Assembly: GCA_963754655.1 (NCBI GenBank)
Contig: CAVWGN010000001.1
Location: forward strand, 960,001 to 1,024,000
Direction of reading: 5' to 3'
From: an uncultured Chlamydiae bacterium
GTDB lineage: Bacteria; Chlamydiota; Chlamydiia; Chlamydiales; Parachlamydiaceae
DNA: 64,000 nucleotides
Position 1 is the first letter of the stretch. Each line of letters starts with the position of its first letter. The notes beneath the pieces were generated by a model. The model was given only the letters and a program-made list of their open reading frames with translations, was not told the origin of the DNA and searched no databases. This document shows, one piece after another, positions 1 to 8,687 of this stretch. A program made the position numbers and the translations under genes.

Positions 1-226
1 GGTTGACGGAGGGGTTACTGTATCTAAATTCTTGGAGGCAGGATTAGTCGACGACATCACCATATCCGTAATTGCTGTAGTCCTAGGCTCTGGTATTCCT
101 CTTTTTAGCACCATGAATCGAGAACATAAGTGCCGCTTAATCTCTACCCAATCTTACCCAAGTGGTTTAGTGCAGCTGAAGTATGAGGTTGCTCATGTCA
201 AATCTAAAAACTCTTGTAACAAGTAG
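1..226 (+). CDS. Dihydrofolate reductase / RibD C-terminal domain protein, 5'-truncated by window edge
   Basis: Reads VDGGVTVSKFLEAGLVDDITISVIAVVLGSGIPLF...SYPSGLVQLKY, the typical C-terminal half of RibD_C/DHFR-like proteins. Confidence 0.8.
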   Translation, partial: VDGGVTVSKFLEAGLVDDITISVIAVVLGSGIPLFSTMNREHKCRLISTQSYPSGLVQLKYEVAHVKSKNSCNK

Positions 227-404
227 CGATGAACGTGAATTATGCTTTGAACATTCCCTGCTGAAGATGCTCCACCGCATAGAATAGCAATAGGATAGCT
301 ATCTGATTTAGGTGCACTAAATTAGCTGATCACACCGGGCGCGGCCTTCTGAGTAACAATCACATGTGATTATTAAATGAATAAATAAAAATACTGTTTT
401 CAAT

Positions 405-826
405 CCCACATTCCTAGACCAGGAAGATAAGTTTTTTGAATTAGATAAGAGCTCTGTCGTTAGGCCTGAAGGGCCGTCATGTTACAGCCCAGGTCGAAGC
501 GAAGCGGAGGCCTGGGTAAAATAAAAAAGAATCGAGTCCTGAAAGGACGGCATACTCAAAGGAGTGATTTCGCTTCGCAAGGGAATGGAGGATTTTCTAT
601 CTCTACATTAGCTCTAGAAGGAGAAAAAAATATCTTGCTTCTCAAAAAGAACACCAAATATTTGTGGGATTAATTTATGCCGTCCTTTCAGGACTCGATT
701 CTTTTTTTATTTTACCCAGGCCTTCGCTTCGCTTCGACCTGGGCTGTAACATGACGGCCCTTCAGGCCTAACGACAGAGCTCTTAACTAATTCAAAAAAC
801 TTATTCTCCTGGTCTAGGAATGTGGG
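405..826. mobile_element. Palindromic non-autonomous element, family A copy 1 (422 bp; ~150-bp inverted arms, ~120-bp spacer)
   Basis: Ends CCCACATTCCTAGACCAGG...CCTGGTCTAGGAATGTGGG; arms 405-554 and 676-826 are near-perfect reverse complements; near-identical copy at 12914-13335. Confidence 0.9.
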
Positions 827-869
827 TAACTCCTTCTTAATCCGGATCAATAATAGATCATGTAAGATT

Positions 870-1635
870 TTAATTCTTTACGCATTCATACAAAATGACA
901 TCATCATTGCTTGCCTCTATTCGAGAGTGAGGCTCTGCTTGCCATTTACCTATGATTTTTAAGTTGTGTTGTTCTAGTAATTTTTCGATCTCTACCGGCT
1001 CATAGTGTCTTACATGATAATCTTCTACTTCTGTCCGTAAGATTAGATTCTCTTCCCATAATTCATAGCGGAAAAGACCCGTTTCTACATGCGTCATGGG
1101 ATCGAAACGTGAAAGTATGTTGATAACAATTTTTGATCCGTCAGACCTAGTAACCCATCTGCCTCTCCCTACACCTTGAGGCTCACGAATTGCTTTCAAC
1201 GTTTCGATTTCAACAACGAATTTCCCACCATGCTTTAATCGATCTGCAATGAATGTAAGAGCTAAGTTAACCTGTTCTGACGTTATTAAATGGCCAAATG
1301 ATCCGCTTGGTATAAAGATTAAGTTATAAAGCTCTGTTAAGGAAAATGTTTCAAAAGTTGCTTCTCGTAGGTTAGTAATTAAACCTCGTTCCTCGCACTT
1401 CCTGCGGCACATATCAAGCATATAAGGCGAATAGTCAAAACCTGTAACAGTATATCCATGTTCAAGAAGCGGAATAAGAAAACGGCCTGTTCCGCACATA
1501 GGTTCAAGTATGGGGCCATCGGCCTCTTTTGCATAATGCAAATAGCAGTCAAGTGCATCTTTTGGGGCCGGTTGGCTTATCCAACTCATAGTATTCGGTA
1601 CACAGTGCTCTGTAGGGAACCGATTCTTTACTCAT
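870..1635 (-). pseudogene. Class I SAM-dependent methyltransferase with a 1-nt frameshift near 1570
   Basis: Motif ILEPMCGTGRFL; natural N-terminus MSKESVPYRALCTEYYELDKP starts at 1635 in a different frame from ORF 870..1589. Confidence 0.75.
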
Positions 1636-1693
1636 AAACATCTTTTCTCACTAGAATTTATCTTTTTTACTCTAAGCTCGTGCAAAACGTCTT

Positions 1694-2329
1694 CTAAAAT
1701 GTTCCTAGCTTTTCGAGAATGAAATCAATTCTTTCTTTAACAGCTATTTTCGGGATAAGAACTGTCTCATAACCGAAATTCTTGTACTTGATAAGAAGTT
1801 CATCAAACTCTTTTTTTGCAGATTCAAAATCATGCTTCCGCTCTTTATCGCCTTTAAAAATCTCTTCCCAAGGAGGAACTAGGAATACTAGACGATTGTA
1901 TCTAAAGTTTTTAGCTGCCTGCTGAAAATATTCCGGCTGAGATGGATCTAATTGAACAGCATCAATAATGCCTCGATCAAAAAAAATAAACTTTTGTGAT
2001 TCTTTCTGAGAATTAAACTGAAATAAGTAGCGAGATAAAGCTAGTTCCAAAAACTTATTAAGATTTATCCAGGGTAAACCATTTCCGCCGATTGCAGTTT
2101 GTTCTTTTACGATTTGCCGTCCTGGCTCAAGAACGACAGGATAGCCTCGATTTACAAGCTCTGAAAGAAGGGTGGATTTCCCTCCACCAGAGCATCCAGA
2201 AATAACTACATAATTATTTTTGACAATTGGAAAACTAGTCTCGTTTAGATAATTATCCTCTAAATTTTCCGCAGAAATATATGGATTCATAATCAAGCAT
2301 CCTAATAAAATTAATATAACTATTTTCAT
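1694..2329 (-). CDS. AAA_28-type P-loop ATPase/kinase with hydrophobic N-terminal extension
   Basis: VVISGCSGGGKSTLL Walker A, FFDRGIID, VFLVPPWEEIF..D.ER motifs. Confidence 0.8.
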   Translation of the reverse strand: MKIVILILLGCLIMNPYISAENLEDNYLNETSFPIVKNNYVVISGCSGGGKSTLLSELVNRGYPVVLEPGRQIVKEQTAIGGNGLPWINLNKFLELALSRYLFQFNSQKESQKFIFFDRGIIDAVQLDPSQPEYFQQAAKNFRYNRLVFLVPPWEEIFKGDKERKHDFESAKKEFDELLIKYKNFGYETVLIPKIAVKERIDFILEKLGTF

Positions 2330-2392
2330 TTAAACCTCTTTAAGCTGCAAAACCCTTGTAAAAAACCTCCTTAAATCACTCACAACTGTTCC
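2330..2392 (-). pseudogene. Severed C-terminal tail of the gene interrupted by the IS607 element
   Basis: Frame reads GTVVSDLRRFFTRVLQLKEV*, with the TAA directly abutting the ATG at 2329; plausibly continues the fragment at 4598-4820. Confidence 0.5.
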
Positions 2393-2600
2393 TAAAAACG
2401 TGTTAAAACGTGTTTATTTTGTTTCGCTCTCTGATTGACCGCCCGGTCCCCGAAATCATTTCTCCCGGCTGTGATAGTTTTTCTATCTCGAAAGACATTT
2501 GTGGACAAATGTCTTTTACGGTTTCTAGAGTCCTGCCCGGAACAGTCACAGGTTGCCCTGTTTCCAATCGGCGATGGAACCTATCAAGAAGAATGGTTTT
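2375..2600 (-). ncRNA. Predicted TnpB omegaRNA (scaffold overlapping tnpB 3' end; guide from right flank)
   Basis: GC-richer, hairpin-dense tail after the RuvC-III motif (CAGG-GCAA-CCTG, AAAGACATTT-GTCCAC-AAATGTCTTT, GATAG-AAAAA-CTATC, GACC-GGGC-GGTC); position matches known TnpB omegaRNA architecture; ends approximate. Confidence 0.6.
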
Positions 2601-3950
2601 CACTTGGCGGTATGGCACATGCAGCCCGATCTCTTGATCGCCAAATCTTCTTGCATAATTCATTGCGGCAACCCGATCACTTAAGTCCTCATGCCCACAA
2701 TTGAGACATTTAAACTTATCTTTATTGCGATTTTTAGAATCCACAAAATCGCAACAAACACAAGTTTGAGATCCATAAGCTGGGTTGACCTGCTCATGAC
2801 GGAAACCTTCCGCCAATGCCTTAAATGCAACTCTTTCTTGAAGCTTTCCCCGCAGCCATGAAGAAAGCCTTCTATTGACAATTTTTGGTTGATAATAAGA
2901 GAAGAGGTGAGATAAATCTTCAGTAATCAAAATGCAAGGTTTTTTATTTCTTAATAACTTATTAATCCCTGTATTGATTTCTCTCTCTAAAGAACTTCTT
3001 CCCTTTTTTTTCACCTTATTCAATTTTTTATTGCCAAGGTTATATTTTTTGATGTTTGTTTTTCTCAAACATTTCTGAAATTGTTTTTTCTCATAAGCAT
3101 GCAGTTTGTGTCTTTTCTGCATTTTTTGGTGCCGATGATTCAAGATCCGGCTCAAGATTTTCCCAAATTGAATTCCATAACGCTTGCCTTCCGTATCAGT
3201 CATGACTTCGCTATACCCAAAATCTACCGCTTCAATGGTCTCTTGAGAAGAAGCCTGTAAAGGTGCGATTTCTTCTGTCACATGGATGAAAAGATCTGTT
3301 TCATCTATCACTAAAGTGATATTGCCCTCTATGCGTCCCTTGCCTTTTACAGGAATGACAATGCGTTTGCCTTTCTCTAAAGACATGATTTTAATATATT
3401 GACATCCATTCTCTTCGAAAACGGTATAACAACTAGAATCGAATTTAATGCTACGAGCCTTTTTAACAACAACTTTTTTTGGTCTTTGCTTTTTCACTTG
3501 CCTTTGAATATAACTGGCTATCTTCTTGCAACTTTTTTCATCGATTTCAAAGCTTGGCTTCGGAACTTTTCCCTGCATCATTGCTGAAAATTGAGAATAA
3601 CCTTTAATCAGCCAATAAGCATAATGACGCTCTTGTTCTCTTTTAAAATGAGAGGCAATCTTTGAGCGAATAATGACAAACTGAGACTTCCAATTCTTGT
3701 CCCAAGTTTCCACCGCATCTTGCAAAGCAAGCTTCCAATGACGCGCTTGCAGGCAATAACTTGAATGATATTTTCGATTGATAAATTCATCTCGAATCTT
3801 ACGGGGCACTCCAAGAAGGGATTGGTATTTCCATGCCTTTAAAACATCTAGCCAGTGATTTTTTTCTTTTGCATAGGCTTTGCAAAGTAATTGAATTGCA
3901 ATCAATTTGTTTTTGTTTAACGGTAAAGCTTTGCGTTTAATTGTTCTCAC
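2403..3950 (-). CDS. tnpB: RNA-guided nuclease TnpB (IS607-associated), 515 aa
   Basis: RuvC-I AVDFG, RuvC-II ITEDL, VNPAYGSQTC-x2-C...C-x2-C zinc ribbon, RuvC-III SDRVAAMN. Confidence 0.9.
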   Translation of the reverse strand: MRTIKRKALPLNKNKLIAIQLLCKAYAKEKNHWLDVLKAWKYQSLLGVPRKIRDEFINRKYHSSYCLQARHWKLALQDAVETWDKNWKSQFVIIRSKIASHFKREQERHYAYWLIKGYSQFSAMMQGKVPKPSFEIDEKSCKKIASYIQRQVKKQRPKKVVVKKARSIKFDSSCYTVFEENGCQYIKIMSLEKGKRIVIPVKGKGRIEGNITLVIDETDLFIHVTEEIAPLQASSQETIEAVDFGYSEVMTDTEGKRYGIQFGKILSRILNHRHQKMQKRHKLHAYEKKQFQKCLRKTNIKKYNLGNKKLNKVKKKGRSSLEREINTGINKLLRNKKPCILITEDLSHLFSYYQPKIVNRRLSSWLRGKLQERVAFKALAEGFRHEQVNPAYGSQTCVCCDFVDSKNRNKDKFKCLNCGHEDLSDRVAAMNYARRFGDQEIGLHVPYRQVKTILLDRFHRRLETGQPVTVPGRTLETVKDICPQMSFEIEKLSQPGEMISGTGRSIRERNKINTF

Positions 3951-4549
3951 TCTTTTGCCATCTCAATAATTTTCTTCTTATACTTACGCAGTCCATACAA
4001 TCTGCTTGAAAAGCAATGAATAATAGACAGCAAATCTTTTGTCATTTCTTCTTCGGGAGACAATGAATCTGCATTCATGATAACAATTTTTACCCCATGA
4101 TCTTGGCAAAATTTCTCAAACCACTCAAAGCCAAAGCGAACAAGCCTATCTTTATGTGCAATCACAATTTCTGATATTTCACCTTGTTCTACCATTTCCA
4201 TGAGTTTGACAAAGTTTTTTCTCTTATAATTTAGCCCTGATCCAATATCTTCTAATTTCTCCTGGACTTCTTTGCCTGCGGCCAAGCAAAAGGCTTCTAT
4301 TGCTTTCCTCTGAGAAATTAAATCATTTCTTTGTCCGGCGCTTGATACACGACAGTAGGTAATCAACTTCTTAGAAACTGGTTTCTTCCGAGCGACTTGC
4401 AAATACTGGTCATGTGTATAATAACGTCGGTTGGTAATTGAACGATGAGCTTTCAAAATACCATCCCGATCCCACTTCTGCAAAGTTTTTGTTGTACGGC
4501 CAATCAAAGAACCAAAATGCTTAGGAGAATACGTGTTTTTCATAAGCAT
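3947..4549 (-). CDS. tnpA: IS607-family serine recombinase transposase TnpA
   Basis: N-terminal MerR-like HTH (TLQKWD...RRYYT), YCRVSS catalytic Ser, DIGSGLNYKR, HKDRLVRFG, FSSRLYGLR. Confidence 0.93.
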   Translation of the reverse strand: MLMKNTYSPKHFGSLIGRTTKTLQKWDRDGILKAHRSITNRRYYTHDQYLQVARKKPVSKKLITYCRVSSAGQRNDLISQRKAIEAFCLAAGKEVQEKLEDIGSGLNYKRKNFVKLMEMVEQGEISEIVIAHKDRLVRFGFEWFEKFCQDHGVKIVIMNADSLSPEEEMTKDLLSIIHCFSSRLYGLRKYKKKIIEMAKE

Positions 4550-4597
4550 ACTTTGGCTTATTCACGTATATTTTTCAATAACTATTATCTACTCTTT

Positions 4598-4820
4598 CCA
4601 AAGTGATAGGTTCATGTGAAATATCCCTTAAAAAAGCATTCCATTTATCTTTTTTGATTTGATTATCATAGAAAGATTCTAAAAAGGCAATGAGAGGAAC
4701 CTCAGCAGAAGTACCGCGATTTTTGAGAACTTGTTGAATAATTTCCTTTAGCTCTTGAAGGTCAAAATTAAATTGTTGAATTGAAACTCCCAAACAAGAT
4801 ATGGAACTCATTTGTTCCAT
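4598..4820 (-). pseudogene. C-terminal fragment resembling AbiEii/AbiGii nucleotidyltransferase toxin, cut by IS607
   Basis: FDLQELKEIIQQVLKNRGT..VPLIAF.ESFYDNQIKKDKWNAFLR resembles the AbiEii C-terminus; N-terminal domain absent. Confidence 0.5.
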
Positions 4821-4873
4821 TAAATTAGCTGAAGAAATATATAAAGAGTGGAAACGTAAAGCAGGTAAAAATA

Positions 4874-5345
4874 ATGGCTAAGCAAAAAGAAAAATGCCCT
4901 GAATATGAAACCTCATCGGGTAATGTTTTTGCAGATCTTGGGTTAGAACAATCAGACGAGCTTCTCGCTAGTACTCAACCACAGTATTTAGATTGCTTGA
5001 AAGCTCCCGCGGTTGAATTGGCGTAAATGGGTCAATATTAGCACCAATTCAACCCGGGGCTTTGAAGCAATCTAAATAGTGTGGTTGAGTACTAGAGCAA
5101 AACTTCTGAATGATGTAAGCCCTTTAATCAAAAATAGTCGCCTTTCTCAGAAAGACGTTGCTGAAAGATTAGGAATAACGCAACCAAAGGTTTCTATGTT
5201 GGTTAGCGGTCAAGTGGCGGCGTTTAGCGCAGATACTTTGATTCATTATTTATCCATCCTTGGATGTGAAGCGCAAATCCGAGTTAAGAAACCAAGATTA
5301 AAAACAGGGATATTCCGTTATAGAGGCCATATTGCTGTTTGTTAA
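4874..5345 (+). pseudogene. XRE/HigA-like HTH antitoxin interrupted by a 122-bp MITE
   Basis: Removing 4971-5094 restores MAKQKEKCPEYETSSGNVFADLGLEQSDELLARAKLLNDV...SQKDVAERLGITQPKVS; an upstream overlapping remnant LKLAEEIYKEW resembles the end of a RelE/Gp49 toxin. Confidence 0.85.
4971..5092. mobile_element. Minimal MITE of shell family B (GTACTC...GAGTAC), TA duplication in a CTAG target
   Basis: Imperfect 122-bp palindrome; flanking TA/TA; excision restores the host reading frame. Confidence 0.9.
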
Positions 5346-5402
5346 GACTAACGAAAATAGAGGTTTCTCAAATCCTTTACAAAGAATTTTTCATGGAGAT
5401 AT

Positions 5403-5654
5403 ATGAATTCTAAAGCTTTACCTCCGTTATCACTCTTGGCAAAAACCGTAATCATTAATGGCCTGTATGAGCACTATAAAGGCTTCCGTTATAAGGTTAT
5501 TGCTGTAGCTCGCCATAGCGAAACTTTGGAGGAACTTATCGTTTATCAAGCTTTATATGGAGAAAAAGGCATATGGGTACGCCCACTTGCCATGTTTTTA
5601 GAAAACATTGAAATTAATGGGCAATTTCGACCTAGATTCACAATTATCAAATAG
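5403..5654 (+). CDS. DUF1653 domain protein
   Basis: GLYEHYKG..YKVIAVARHSETLEELIVYQALYG...WVRPLAMF...RF signature. Confidence 0.9.
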   Translation: MNSKALPPLSLLAKTVIINGLYEHYKGFRYKVIAVARHSETLEELIVYQALYGEKGIWVRPLAMFLENIEINGQFRPRFTIIK

Positions 5655-5804
5655 GAAAGTATTTTAAATTTTGGAAATTTTATCCAACACGATAGAGGAA
5701 CAATGTGGCTTTACCTTTTTCAAAACTCTCAATTGAGACCCATTCTACCCAATGAGAGCTTCCTCGGCCTTCATAGATCAGAATTTTGTATACGGGGATT
5801 TCCA

Positions 5805-6162
5805 TGAGCGAGAGAATCACGGGATTATTAATGGTGATGACGTTGTCATTGCTAGTATACTCGATTGCTCAAAGACGCCTGCATAAAGTGCTTAAAGAGG
5901 TGCAAGAAACTTTCCCAAATCAAATACATAAAGAAACGGACAAGAGCCGACTCTTCGTTGGTTTTCCAACTTTTAGAAGGAATCGAGTTAGTAAAAATGA
6001 GCATTAAAAAAACCTTGCACGTAGTCATTTCACGACTAACTGCTCTTAGAAGGTGAATTCTTGACTATTTTGGAAACTCTGTAAGAAAAATCTATGGACT
6101 AGATCTTTAATCTGCTCCAACGAATTGACAATACTGTCTCTAAGGGAAGTGCTCAATGTGGA
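5805..6162 (+). pseudogene. IS1634-family transposase 3' remnant with probable right end
   Basis: ERITGLLMVMTLSLLVYSIAQRRL...ETFPNQI.KET + VFQLLEGI is the IS1634 C-terminal pattern, frameshifted; followed by GTGCTCAATGTGG. Confidence 0.7.
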
Positions 6163-6241
6163 TTGGAATCTTGCAAACATGACCTCAATTACATTGCAAG
6201 CCTGAATCTAATCTTGATCCCAATCTATTAATATTGGAAAA

Positions 6242-6766
6242 GTGATGCATAATTATTCTATTGATGACCAAGTTAGAATTGAAAAAGCCATTATTCTAGT
6301 AAGTTCAAAATTTGCAATGCTTCATAATTTGATCAAACCTACTCTTTTGCACGCGATTAGAGTGGGGAGCTGGCTGTACTTTTATGATTATGAAACAAAT
6401 ATTGTAATAGCTGGATTTTTGCACGACATAATCGAAGACACTGATGTAACTGAACAGAATATTTGTGAAGATTTTGGTGTAGAGGTAGCAAATATGGTAA
6501 TAGCAAATACCAAAGATACCACGATTACAGAGAAGAAGATAAGAAACGATGAACTAATTAAAAGATGTCTCGAGACCAGTGAAAAAGCTTCGATAGTTAA
6601 AGCAGCTGATATACTTGATAATTACAAATACTATTCAAGCCTTAACGATCAAGTCGGAATTGAATATTGCAGAAATAATGCTCTTTCTTTTGGTAAATAT
6701 TTAAAAAAAGCCTATAAGGATAAAATTTTTACAAAGCTCTTTGAAGAGGTAGTTCAAAACAGCTAA
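6242..6766 (+). CDS. HD-domain hydrolase, small alarmone hydrolase (Mesh1/SpoT-HD)-like
   Basis: PTLLHAIRV...IAGFLHDIIEDTDVT...TKD...VKAADILDN. Confidence 0.8.
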   Translation: MMHNYSIDDQVRIEKAIILVSSKFAMLHNLIKPTLLHAIRVGSWLYFYDYETNIVIAGFLHDIIEDTDVTEQNICEDFGVEVANMVIANTKDTTITEKKIRNDELIKRCLETSEKASIVKAADILDNYKYYSSLNDQVGIEYCRNNALSFGKYLKKAYKDKIFTKLFEEVVQNS

Positions 6767-6832
6767 ATCAACCGATTTAAGGGTTTGAAACTGCTTGACT
6801 AAATCTGTACAAATCTCTTGTTATCTAATCAA

Positions 6833-7440
6833 ATGACCAGATTTATTAAGATAGGCGAAGCCGCAAAAATTTTAGGAGTGATATTCAGACTCTGCGAAGT
6901 TGGGAGTCTATAGGATATCTTATTTCTTATCGAAACTCAAAGGGACAAACAAGATATTATGATCTTGATCAATTGCTTGGCAAGAAAATTCTTGAAGATC
7001 ACTTAACAGTTGCTTATGCTAGAGTGTCTAGTGATGATCAAAAAGAAGATCTTAAAAGACAAGCAGAAGTGTTAGCAGATTATTGTACAAGGCAGGGGTG
7101 GAATTTTCAAGTCATCCAAGATTTAGGCTCTGGGATGAATTATCAAAAAAAAGGACTCAGAACTCTTCTTAGCTTGATTTTAGAAAAGAAAATGTCTCGC
7201 TTAGTTTTGACGCATAAAGATCGCTTGCTTCGATTTGGTGCAGAACTTATTTTTGCTCTTTGTGAGGCAAAGCAAATTGAAGTTGTTATTATCAATAGAG
7301 AGGGCGAAATCTCATTTGAAGAAGAATTAGCTCAAGATATACTAGAAATCATTACTGTTTTTGCTGCCAGGCTGTATGGGAGTCGAAGTCGAAAGAATCA
7401 AAAACTTGTAGAAGCAGCGAAAGTGCTAATCAGCAAATGA
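6833..7440 (+). pseudogene. tnpA: Second IS607 TnpA, 1-nt deletion near 6880
   Basis: MTRFIKIGEAAKILGV / IQTLRSWE in different frames; YARVSS, DLGSGMNY, HKDRLLRFG, FAARLYGSRS. Confidence 0.85.
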
Positions 7441-7448
7441 ATGATGCT

Positions 7449-7720
7449 ATGACATTGACTTATCAAAGTGATTATCATTGTCTGAAAGACAGCAAGAGAT
7501 TTTCTCAAAGTGCGCATTCTTATTTAATCACACAGAATATTCTTTATATGCGGAAGTTGCAAAAGGCAAAACTGCTGCTTGCAAGAATGATTTCTAAAAA
7601 AAATATGGAATCACTGCCCGTCAGTTTAATGCATGCCGCAGCAGCCTGGAAGGAAAATCGCTGCCTGCCAAGCAAGCGCGAATCTTGCAGCTGAGACTTT
7701 AAGAGGGCAAATTGCACTTG
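7449..7720 (+). pseudogene. Degraded N-terminal remnant of a TnpB-like accessory gene
   Basis: Directly after tnpA; stitched frames give MTLTYQ...SLYAEVAKGK..KNDF*KKYGITARQFNACR..LEGK; no RuvC region remains. Confidence 0.55.
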
Positions 7721-8032
7721 GCGCAAATTTTGATTAGCAATCCAACTGTTGAATCGGTTGCTAAGCAGTCTGGTGTTTCCGCTAAACAAATATTTGATTG
7801 GCTTAATCAGCTTATTTCCCGGTAGGAATTAGAAAATAAGAAGAATGAGGGATACTTGTTCGTATGTCTGAAAATTGTTCTAAGGAGAAACTTCTAAAAA
7901 TTTTTTCCAAAATTTTCTGACGAGGTCTAGTTATCTTCTCCATAATTTCGTTGTTGAAATTGAATGAAAGTCATTGTGATTTCTGTTATAGTTTTCTTTT
8001 AATATGGAAGCAACCCATGTGAGCAGAAGTGG

Positions 8033-8641
8033 ATGATGAACAAATCAGTGATTTTTGATTGTGATGGTGTTTTAGTTGACAGCGACATCATTTCAAATAG
8101 GATTGACGCTGAGGCTTTAACTTCTTTTGGTTACCCAATAACAGTAGAAGAGAGCATCAGGAGGTTTACGGGGCTGAACACAAAAGCTGTTCGTCAAATT
8201 ATTTTGAACGAATCCACCATGGATATCCCTTTAGATGACTTAAACTCACAGCAGCCGACTGTCTTAAAGGCTTTTGAAACTGAGCGCATCTCTTTGATTA
8301 AACGTGTTTTAGAAATTCTTGATAAAAAGAAGATTAGCCGGCGCGTAGCCTCAAGCAGCCAAAGAAATCGTGTTGTTCGATGCCTTGAATTGACTGAACA
8401 GTTCATATATTTCAACGATCAATCGATTTTCACGTCTCAACAAGTATCCAACGGAAAGCCTGCTCCAGATTTATTCCTCTTTGCTGCAAATCAAATGGGA
8501 TTTCATCCAGAAGATTGCATTGTAATCGAAGATAGTTCAGCAGGTATTGAAGCAGCTATCTCAGCTGGTATGCGTGTCATTGGTTTCTTAGGGGGAGGCC
8601 ATGCCCACCACCATTGGTATCAAGAAAAAATTTATACTTAA
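8033..8641 (+). CDS. HAD-family hydrolase (YieH/CbbY-like)
   Basis: VIFDCDGVLVDS, VASSS, GKPAPDLFL, VIEDSSAG. Confidence 0.88.
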   Translation: MMNKSVIFDCDGVLVDSDIISNRIDAEALTSFGYPITVEESIRRFTGLNTKAVRQIILNESTMDIPLDDLNSQQPTVLKAFETERISLIKRVLEILDKKKISRRVASSSQRNRVVRCLELTEQFIYFNDQSIFTSQQVSNGKPAPDLFLFAANQMGFHPEDCIVIEDSSAGIEAAISAGMRVIGFLGGGHAHHHWYQEKIYT

Positions 8642-8687
8642 AATGTAGCAATTGCCAGAAATTGCAACGAACTCATAAAGGTATTAA

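Larger units (their letters stand above)
2393..4597 (-). mobile_element. IS607-family element (serine recombinase TnpA + TnpB), apparently intact
   Basis: tnpA-tnpB overlap by 4 nt; no TIRs; GG dinucleotide at both inferred junctions (2391-2392, 4598-4599); short ACGTGT-type repeats near both ends; splits a host gene. Confidence 0.8.

Noticed and set aside
479..673. 64-aa ORFs at 479 and 12988, and similar ORFs at 22553, 29671 and 44947
   Set aside because: They lie within palindromic repeats and have no protein-like features; their recurrence is explained by element copying.
4550..4597. IStron (group I intron in the IS607 left end)
   Set aside because: Only about 50 bp separate the inferred left end from tnpA.
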